From NCBI RefSeq assembly GCF_006345805.1, contig NC_043004.1, positions 8,990,001 to 9,054,000 of the forward strand: a DNA stretch of 64,000 nt. Direction: 5' to 3'. The DNA comes from Octopus sinensis (Eukaryota). The notes beneath the pieces were generated by a model. The model saw only the letters and a list, made by a program, of their open reading frames with translations, had not been told where the DNA came from and did not search any database. Below, one piece after another: positions 53,861 through 64,000 of this stretch; the stretch's first letter is position 1, and each line of letters begins with the position of its first letter. Position numbers and translations under genes: made by a program.

Positions 53861-56800
53861 TTTGACTTTCTCAAAGCAAAGAAAATTTGGCAACTTCTTA
53901 ACGCCATATCTTATCTTTAATTGTCCTATACGAGGAACCACACACACAAAAGAAGCAGAATAAACAACTCGAGTCCATGTCATACAAGAGCTCAACTCTT
54001 CCTTTCACATGAAATTTTAAAATTGCCAAACTCGTCGTCTGCGAAAATGCACTTTCAGAATTTATTCAACACCAAAATCTATAAAATCCATCGAAATGGT
54101 ATCGAAATACCTTGACTAAATCTGCTCACCTTTGGGAGGTCTCTACTTTTGGTAGAAATATCGAAGTGGGCAGCCTTAGCTTTGGACAAGCATCAGTGGC
54201 GTAGAGAGTGGCGTACATGAGCATCTTATGCATAGAATAATCATAGAATGATCATAGAATGATCAAATCCTGCCCGACGGAGGCCAGACGTGTGACCGGT
54301 GGTTGTAGTCTTGATCGTGGTGATGTCGATAATGATACTGGTAATGTTGATGTTGACTGTGGTGTCACACGTATGGTATGTGACACGAGGGAGCTCATTG
54401 TCTGCTCAGTTAAGTCAGTCACGATAAGACAATCCTGCTTTGACCATCCCGCTGGTCATTTGTATTTAAGACTACATTATCTTATGCGCAGTTTCCTTTT
54501 GAAGGCAGTGTGTAATTTGACAAAATTTCACTATTATTTCTAGCACTGCAAGAAGCAGCGTAATAACTTCTTAGGTGGACCATACCAGATTTCTTTTATT
54601 TATTCCAACCTCAGTTATTATCAAAGGCGTTCCAACCGTGACTAATTTGCCTCATAGTGTTTCTAAGATTATCTCGGATTTGAGAGTATAAATGTAACCT
54701 CCATTTTTTCTGAATGGTAGCGTATAGCTTGAGAGACTTGACTACTATTTTTAGCTGGTCGAGAAATCAGGTAAAGACTCTCACGGTTGTTCGTGCTATG
54801 TTTATGCTGTTGTTGTTTAACTTTCAGTCAACTGCCTGCAGACAGACTTATGACCGAAGAAATTCTAGATCTCAGTTATAATCATGTTTTACTTTTTAGC
54901 GGCTTGAAGGGGCATTTTACGCAACGAGCTCCTCTCTAAGGCAAGACAAGAAGATATAATCTGAAGGAGATTTGCCTTCCTCATTGGTTTACGTGTAATG
55001 TAGCCTGTGTTGTTAAGGCCCAGGACGGTACCGAATGAGCAATCAAATGATCCAAAGCGATCCAAACACGACCGTCTCGTCCTTTCACTACATTCTTCAA
55101 TGTGACTTTCACTTTGTATGATGACTAGTTGTGCATTGAGTGAAATTTGGCTGCAATTTCTAACAGGATGAGTGACTAGAAAGATACAAGCACCTGCTGT
55201 TTGTTGCTTGGTGATATTGATGAGGTTCTTGATGCGTGGTCCTAAGGTAACCTTGATTGAGCCAATCTATATTCAAAGGCTTTCTGTTCGTGACCATCCC
55301 ACTTTTTAGGGATTTCTATGAATTCATTTTCCACAGTTTTACTCCTTTTTCTAAACAGTCTATTGTAATTTGAGAAAGATTTCGCTGCTATTTCCAGCAG
55401 CTTGACCTCATATGTGATAAGGTAGGTGGGTGGGAGGGCGAGAGCGTGGTGGGGCATCTATTGAAAGTAATGTTATTATTGGTGATTCTCATGTTGCTGA
55501 TGTTAGTGCTGATGGTGATGGTGGTAGTTGTGGTTGTGATGGTTATAGTGGAGGTGGTGGTGGTACCGCTGGAGGTGGTGGTGGTGGTATTTATGGTGTT
55601 TGCGGTTTTGATATTGGTGGTTGTGGTGGTTGTGGTGGTGATGGTGAAGATTCTGGTTTTGATATTAGTAATGGTGGTGGTGTTGATGGTGGTTCTAGTA
55701 TTGGGGCCGTTAGTGGCAGTGGTTGTACGCTTGTCTCTCTCCCTAAACTGTTGGTAAAATTTCAAGTGGTTGTCTCGGAGCAAGACGGGGACGGAAGGTG
55801 ATGGTGAGTGGTGGTGGTGGAGGAGGAGCACAGAGGTATGAAGAAAAGCTAAGGAGGGTAAGGGACGAAGGATGGGGATAGGAGGAGGGGGGAGTTCTTG
55901 TTTCGAAACTGAAGAAAAATATCGGTTTCGGCCTGCAGCAGTTGACACTTGGACAGCAGGGGTTCCGGTCACCTGGGGGAAGGATTGACGGTGTGGGGGT
56001 GGTTACTTTCTGTTCGTTGGCCACTTCAACAGCTGCCCAAGTCTCACATGTACACACACACATATACACACACACACACATACACATGCATACGCACACG
56101 TATACACACACATATATATTCATACATGCTCAAATACATATAGAACCATTGAATAACATAATGTAGACGCATATAGAATCATACACACATACAAAAACTA
56201 CATGCAACGAGAATCAATAAGCCATATATAAATTAGATGCATATAAATAGGCACCACACACTCAAGGAAAGACATACAGACAGACACTTTCAACATAAAA
56301 TAGACATACATGTTAGGGTGCATATATACATATGCATTATATATATATATATATATATATACAAATGCATATAAATTCAAATATATTAAAATACACTCAT
56401 ACGCGAAAACATTCACATAGAGAGGCGCGCGCTACATACGAACCAATGCACAAAATTGTGGACTCTTACTCATCTCAAAACACAGATTTATACGTAAATT
56501 GTGTGCACAGCTACACACTCAACAAAGAGAAACAGACAATACACACAAACGCAGAGGTACAAAGTCATACAAGAATACAATCTCAGATGCTCTCTGATAC
56601 AATTATACATACACACACACCCATGCATACAGGCTCAGGCATGTACTCGTAAAAGACGTACTCACAGGTATAGAGCTTTACTCCCACAGATGCAATAGAG
56701 AGAAGGATAACTACTCACACTCACACTCAATTTGATGAAAGAGACAGAGATGCACAAACGCATATATGCTCACACACACACACACACACAAATAAAGCCA

Positions 56801-57393
56801 GCCCATTCACATACATAGAAATACAGCCATACGCACACACTCACACAGATGCACGCACGCAGTTATACATTCAAATACACCAAAATTATAGCTTACATGT
56901 CAACAAATACACAAATACGATCATAAAGACAACCAGAAGCACATCGGCGCTCAAACCGACACAGAGAGCCCGGCAACATAACACAATGTATACGTCCTCT
57001 TATACATACATGTACAATCATACACACACACCAACAGACATAGGAAGTCATACACACACACACACACACGATCTATCTGTCTGATACGTTGACATGTACT
57101 TCATATAAACTCTACATGTCCACAACACCTGTGACGACAAGTTTCTTGTTCGAAGTATATCAATGCAATCTCACACTCGCACGCGCAAGGACACACACAC
57201 ACACACTCACACACACTCTCTCACACACATGTACACCCATGCTCACACAATCAAACAGACAGGCATACATGCACACATATATGCCTACATTTATACACGC
57301 ATACAAACGTATATATATGTATCTTCTATTGATTACCTTACCTACTTAACCAAATGGAATTTAACGTTAATACATACATACATATATACATAC

Positions 57394-57443
<50 letters not shown>

Positions 57444-57601
57444 ATGAATGTGCGTGCGTGCATTATATATATATTTATATGAATGTGCGTGTGTGATATA
57501 TATATATATATATGTGGTATGTAATATATATGTGTATATATATATATATATAAGATATCACATATATATACAACACACACACACACACACACACACCCAC
57601 A

Positions 57602-57636
<35 letters not shown>

Positions 57637-57978
57637 CTATATACATATAAGTATTATATATGTGTATAGTAGGCAATTATGTAAGATAAATGAATTAGAG
57701 TCAATATTAAATATAACTTAATATATTTAATGTGTCTAATTTGTTTACCTGCCTCTGCACCCGCTAAACTTGAGCCTTCTTCTAGACATTCTTTTCCTAG
57801 TGAAATCGATCCCATGTAAACACATCGGAGTCTAAGTTTGAATTTTGTTTCATTCAAGTTTGAATCTTTTGAGCGCTGCTACGCGTCTTCTATGCCAAGA
57901 ATCACGGGATCTCTTCTGTGGACTACCTACATACCTACCTACCTACCTACCTACCTACCTACCTACCTACATACATAC

Positions 57979-58040
<62 letters not shown>

Positions 58041-58093
58041 GTGTGTCTTTTTGTCTGTCTGTCTGTTTGCATGTCTGTCTGTCTGCCTGTCTG

Positions 58094-58139
<46 letters not shown>

Positions 58140-58155
58140 CATCTATCCATCTATC

Positions 58156-58198
<43 letters not shown>

Positions 58199-58839
58199 AG
58201 GCAAATAAGAAAATGGAGAGGATAATCAATCGACAACCATCAGCCTGTAGGCATTCATGTATATCTATTTATTAATTAATTACAATCATATGTATAAGTA
58301 ATCAGAATAAACAAATGAAGTAAGCAAATAATCAATGAAATAAATAGATAAATAAAAATTTAAAAAATGAATAAGAATAAATGAGTGAAAAATACCAAGG
58401 TCTTGCCCCTGTTTCTACTCTGAGGTTGCCCAATCTGCCAGGTTTTCCACATCCCGCTAGTAATATACAGGGATTTTACAGTGGTTGAACAAACATTGAA
58501 CAGGGGTTGGACAGTGACTGATCAGAGAGAGCATAATTTTAGGGATCTAACATGTGAGGATGTAAGGTAAAATAATAAAATATAATAATGACATAATAAA
58601 AGAAATAGTAAGGAATGGTAAAAACGTCAATTCCAGGGTGGTATCCATAATCCATGGGATTACATCTTATGGCAATGGGAGTCCCTTCCAGGAGTAATTT
58701 CCACACGTTAAGTGAATTACATCCTATTTCAATTTTACGGGGCGAACTAGCGAGGGTAAGACGTTGTATATTGGATATTTATTATCCCTTAGATGGTTGC
58801 GTAACCTCTAACTCATACAGACATCTATATATATGGAGT

Positions 58840-58893
58840 TGGTAGATGGTAACTGAGAGAGGCCCGTCGTATATAAAACATACACACATGCAT

Positions 58894-58932
<39 letters not shown>

Positions 58933-59190
58933 CATATACACATACATACATACACACACACACATATATGCATGTATGTATATATGTATGTATATATTTG
59001 TGTGTCCTCACCACCATCGCTTGACAACCAAAGCTGATGTCTTTACATCTCCGTAACTTAGCGGTTCAGCAAAAGAGACCGATAGAATAAGTACTAGGCT
59101 TACAAAAAATAAGTCCTGGGGTCGATTTGTTCGAATAAAAGCAGTACTCCAGTGTGGCCGCAGTCAAATGAATGAAACAAGTAAAAGAGT
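58840..59190 (+). mobile_element. Central and 3' part of a SINE of the 27427 family
   Basis: GGCCCGTCGTATATA...CGCTTGACAACC...CTTAGCGGTTCAGCAAAAGAGACCGATAGAATAAGTACTAGGCTTAC...AAACAAGTAAAAGAG. Confidence 0.8.
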
Positions 59191-59237
59191 AAAAGAATAT
59201 ATATGTACACACACCATATATACAACATACATCATAC

Positions 59238-59284
<47 letters not shown>

Positions 59285-60282
59285 GATATATATATATATA
59301 TGGGTGTGTGTGTATATATATATATACACACACACTATCGAGCGCACGTACGCATGCACATGACACATATGTACACACCTATAGGCTGCGGATTAGCGCG
59401 GTGCAGAATACTCTCTCAAAGCGCCGGGTGTTAAAAACACCTGAAAGTCATAGACATCGAGACAGCTCGCCCCAAATCAAATTCAGAAGTGATCGATATC
59501 GATATTTCGCCATGTTTGTACCTTATCAGAATCACGAACCTGAACTGAATGGAGGCAACTGAGTCGCCGTATGCAAGTAGTGTAAAAACCTATTTTGCTG
59601 GTATTCCCCGGCTAACGAACAAATAAATTCAAATTGGAATTAGAAGCAGCACTAGAGTTGTAAACATTATCGAACACACATACTCAATGCAACTGCCTAG
59701 CTGGTTCGCCGGTAGTAATATACAAGCGAAGGTTTATTCTCGTAGAAATCCAAGGATTTTAAGACTCTGCAAAGAAATCAATAAACAATCCAACGCTTTC
59801 GTAATTGAATAAAAAAAAAGGTGGGGGGGGGGGAGACAATCTGTTGTTTAATGTAGAAAATGTAATCAAATATTTGTTGGTAGAAATGTGGAGAAGCTAA
59901 GGAGATTAATTAAACATTTTACATTTTATCGTAGTTTACGAATGGAGCAGAGAGGGGAAAAAAAGTGACACGAGGCTTGTAAAGAGGCGTCAAGAAGGGT
60001 TGAAAAATGCGATTATTCACTGGAAAATCATGTATTTGCTTCTGAAATCTTGCCATATTATATTCGAATAGAATTAAACATTTTTTCGTTTACATACATA
60101 AATAAATACATATAAGTGTTTGCACGTGCGACTGTGTGTGTGTGTACATCATATAAATACAAATACGCGCACAAGCATATATACATGCGTACAGACAATG
60201 TCTTAGCTTGTGTAGGTACGTGCTAGTATAAATCAATCCAAGTACTATGTGGTGTGTGTGCGTGCGTGTGTGTGCCTGCGTG

Positions 60283-60314
<32 letters not shown>

Positions 60315-60521
60315 CGTGTGTGTGTGTGAGAGAGAGAGGATGTATATATGTATGTGTATGTATGCACGGAATTTTGTCAGTGAACAGGTCGCGGTTTCAA
60401 AGCGACGAAAATATTTTGACAAATTAAATTTAAATTTTGAATGAATCTAACGTTTTTTTTTTGTGTTTTTAAATGGCTTATAAGCACCTTCCATGCTGCA
60501 ATTGTTTTTGTTTCAGCACAT

Positions 60522-60621
60522 NNNNNNNNNNNNNNNNNNNNNNNNNNNNNNNNNNNNNNNNNNNNNNNNNNNNNNNNNNNNNNNNNNNNNNNNNNNNNNN
60601 NNNNNNNNNNNNNNNNNNNNN
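60522..60621. other. Assembly gap (100 N)
   Basis: Run of exactly 100 N. Confidence 1.
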
Positions 60622-61757
60622 GAAAGTGTAAGAAGGAAGTATTTTCGCTCCAGTATATAACTGGTACCGAATTTATTGACTTTCCCGTCATTTTGTCAAC
60701 CAGAGATATTTGATAGCCGAAGCTGAGCTGAGCGGAACTAAATTCAAATCTCGCTGAGATCAGAGTTTTTTGGTTTTTTTTTCATTTTGAAGACTCGACA
60801 AAATAAAGTACCGGTCCACTTCTGGGATTGTAACAGGCCCCTATTACCCATACTTCAAAATTTAAGCCTTGTGTCTAAATAAGAAGTCAATTTTAGTAGC
60901 ACCTTCGAGGGGTTCAATGTAAAACACGGGGCAATCGCAGATCAGTGTTCCAGTCCATTGTGTTTAATACAAAGACACACACACACATGTGCATGTGTGT
61001 GTACCGTTTACGTTAAATTGAACGAATGGTTGACCAAAATTCGCCATTTCAGAGTTCACCACCACGATATTCGTCTTGTATTCGTTCCGCTTAACAAATA
61101 TCCCAAACTATTCAATTTAATCATATGTGAGTGTGTGTGTGAGCGAGAGAGAGAGCGAGAAAGAGCGATAGAGAGAGAGAAAAAGAGAGAGAGAATTTAT
61201 GTATGGCCGCAGAGTTTGAAATTTTGTTTGGTGCCTTGTTGCACACTTCGCCTTACAGGGTTGTCGAACATATAGGCCTGACATATGTTCGTCATTGCAT
61301 ATGTAGCAAACATTTACATCTGCTTTCTGCCATCAGCATTTAAAAAAAAAGTGTGGTTGACCCTACAGAAGCCGTCATCACTGAAAACATCTCATTTATG
61401 TGAACTAGCCTAACGGCTAATTGCTGTTAGACGCTCAGACGTAGAAGCCGATGGTAGAATCCACTATACATACATACATATGTGTTGTGTGAGTGTGTGT
61501 GGTGTCATTATAATCAAGGGTAAAATCTCTATAGGGTTTTATCAAGTAGCTAGCATGTAAAAAAACGTTTAGGTAAAACAATAATACACAGTATTTAATT
61601 TTATCAATATAATTATATAAAATTATAAGAAGCAACTACTGAGTAATGCCACATGCTAGAAATAGATGTCAAATGGCTCTGAGACTACCTCATTTATCAC
61701 ATAGACACAGGCTAATATATTATATATATATATATTATTATCTATATATATATAAAG

Positions 61758-61795
61758 CTGTTACTCGGAGTTTCACGTTCCCGTTCGTCGGACAG
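61758..61795 (-). ncRNA. Minimal type I hammerhead ribozyme fold (CCGACGA core variant)
   Basis: ctgt-CCGACGA-acg ggaa cgt-GAA-ACT ccg AGT-A-acag; stem III region ACTC(C)GAGT is near-palindromic. Confidence 0.68.
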
Positions 61796-62144
61796 TTTCA
61801 CATCGGTGAATGGAATTGTTGAGGCGTTGAAACAACGAGCAAATTGTCCGACTGTTCTACGGATTTGTTAGTCTTAAAATAGCCAACTTGATACGGAGTG
61901 TGATCGTAGTAGAAGACTAATGATTGCGGAATGAAATTAATGTCTGAACGGTCAAATAAATGTGATGAAACAAGAAAACAAGGACAGAATTTTGAGGATA
62001 GGGACGCTTTTCATTAACAAATATAGACATATTACGCGCACGCACACATACACACGTACGAACGCGTATACATGCTTACATACGTACACACATGCTTAAC
62101 TACGTACATTTATACAAACATAGTTACAGATATATATATACTTG

Positions 62145-62660
62145 CATAGATGCGACATGAGATTGTCGCCAAGACAGTCTACAATATTATACGCAGCGAG
62201 GCTTCTTCTGTTTGCCATACCAGAAGCTCATTAAAATCAAATGTTCCCATAGTTTTAGCAATAAAGAATTCTGCTGGATCATTACAATAAAAGCAGAAAG
62301 CCATTGTAAGTCAAATGGGGATGAGATGAAGATGTAAGGTGCAGGGAGCAAAAGCTGTGAACCGTTGCAGAGATCAGATGCCCAGCGGATATGAATGTCT
62401 CTTCAAAAATTGGGGAGAAAGAGAACATTCATGGTGATCTAATGAGAAAACTGCAACTCTTATATCCAGGCCATAAATTTTTGTTTGTTTCTATTGTCAT
62501 CGCTACACATACCAAGAGCTTTGCATAGAAACCTTGAAGTGCTTGGGTTAGCCAATATGTCGAGTCAACTGATTCACAATCTCCAGATATAATATCAATC
62601 AGAAGAACAGTGAACGCTTGGAAAACATTTGTGGGTTTCTCCATTCGAGGTTCCTGGTTG
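62145..62660 (+). mobile_element. 3' fragment of an RLE-type (R4/NeSL-like) non-LTR retrotransposon
   Basis: MRHEIVAKTVYNIIR...EIRCPADMNVSSKIGEKENIHGDLMRKLQLLYPGHKFLFVSIVI: an RHD-like motif followed by a PD-(D/E)xK endonuclease-type C-terminus; frameshifted. Confidence 0.75.
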
Positions 62661-63065
62661 AACATCTACTCTCAATCTCTTATACATCTGGAATACATTT
62701 GAACTCACACCCATAAACTGTTAGAAAATATACACTTGTGTTCTATTGTGATACATGCAGTCACGTGAATAAGTTTATCCACATCTGCTCACACACACAA
62801 ATATGCAAGTTTATCCACACACACACACAAATATGCATGCGTCAATCAACGCAGGTAGTCTCGACTCTAAAATGTTCATTTGACTTAAACAAAAGAGTCT
62901 TACCGTGTTTTCTTTGTTCATGACCATCTTGAAGTCTACATAGCAAAAAAAAAATTACATCCCAAAGAAACATTTCTTCTTCTTCTTCTTCTTCTTCTTC
63001 TTCTTCTTCTTCTTCTTCTTCTTCTTCTTCTTCTTCTTCTTCACCATCATCATCATCATCATCAT

Positions 63066-63680
63066 CCAGCCATCGTTGTTCACGATGGCCAAGAACATCA
63101 TATGGGAAAAGACGGCACAGTATGTCCTTCTGTGACCAACCAGTCCGATGCGTGCCTAGAAGGCTCTGATGCAAGTCGGGTGTCGAAGTTGATCTCAAAG
63201 CTCTTCGATGAGCCTTTGACTGTGTCCATGAAGCATTTTTTCTCTTCATCTTGCTAGCACTTACCTTTCGTCAGTTCACTGTCGAAAAGCATCTCGGGGA
63301 GGCATGTGTCGGGCTTTTGAACAAAGTGTCTGGCACGCCTGACTTGAGCTCTCCTCAGCAAGGTGTAGATGCTTGGCAGATCAGCTCGAGAGAGGGCCTC
63401 GGTGTCTGAGACATTGTTTTCCAGAATATTACCACTGTTCGTTGCTGACAGAATCACTCTCATCAATCCTAAAAAGGTGAGCAGAGCACTTCAACAACAA
63501 CCTGAACAGCTTTTTTTTTATTAACTTTGAAGCTGTCTTTCATATGCCCCAAGTTGACATCAATACGTCGCTGGCAGAGCATCCAAAGGAAGTAAAGGTC
63601 CAAAAAGCAAGCATGCTTCTCTCGAACGACAAGGTCCTAGATTCTGACTCCATCCCAGCTGAAATATTCAAGAACATCTG
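63066..63680. mobile_element. RTE LINE insertion with an inverted upstream segment
   Basis: 63066-63430 (-): DTEALSRADLPSIYTLLRRAQVR..H..PDTCLP..ELTKGK with a (TGA)n(AGA)n tail. 63431-63680 (+): PLFVADRITLI..ILKR*AEHFN..MPQVDINTSLAE..DSIPAEIFK. Confidence 0.85.
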
Positions 63681-64000
63681 AAAACAAGCTGTCTTGTGAC
63701 AACAAACCTACATACATGCATACACACACGCACACACTCATATACATACATGCATACACACATGCACACATACACATGTACATACATACACATATACATA
63801 CATACATGCATACATACATACATACAGAATACTTACCTTCACAACCTTGCTACTAAGTCGGTGGCCGGTCACAGTTTAATCTAAATTTTAAAAAAAGGGA
63901 AGACTATATAACGACCGTTGGTCACGAGTCTTGGCTAAGTCAACTGTAGCAGGTTCGTCCTGAAGTAACCCTAATCGCGTGATGAAACGTTGACAATGCC

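Noticed and set aside
55388-55972. Gly-rich (+) and Thr-rich (-) ORFs resembling structural proteins
   Set aside because: Overlapping ORFs in four frames over a degenerate (GGT)n tract; the composition is explained by the repeat.
57747-57850. PTB-domain-like peptide [15 protein letters not shown] on the minus strand
   Set aside because: A donor is present but there is no pyrimidine-rich acceptor, and the resemblance is only a few residues.
60522-60621. Sequence continuity across the N run
   Set aside because: A 100-N placeholder; the true distance and orientation are unknown, so no structure spanning it is claimed.

Overview
AT-rich, microsatellite-saturated eukaryotic DNA. Its tRNA-derived SINEs and LINE/Penelope-like relics look like those of a coleoid cephalopod, most likely Octopus; this is inferred from repeat recognition, not from a database search. 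No intact, identifiable host gene is visible. Almost all ORFs in the supplied track are translations of (TA)n, (CA)n, (TACA)n or trinucleotide arrays. Recognisable coding relics are all transposon pseudogenes: an R4/Dong LINE (11.7-13.7 kb) interrupted by a TSD-flanked SINE, a CR1/L2-type RT fragment, a DD37D (maT) Tc1/mariner transposase (31.7-32.7 kb), two RTE LINE pieces (one with an inverted upstream segment), a second RLE-type LINE 3' end and Penelope-like remnants. The most notable signal is non-coding: five minimal type I hammerhead ribozyme folds from four unrelated sequence families (22.8, 33.3 twice, 45.7 and 61.8 kb). All five use a GUA cleavage triplet, carry non-canonical core or stem II features, and sit in short elements abutting (TA)n arrays. 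In two of these elements a built-in antisense strand could block the ribozyme fold. A dense cluster of long fold-back elements lies at 30.9-34.7 kb. A few short, splice-signal-bounded exon and microexon candidates hint at an unidentified host gene with very large introns. There is a 100-N gap at 60522-60621 and a ~1.1-kb tandem duplication (27.4-29.6 kb) that may be an assembly artefact.
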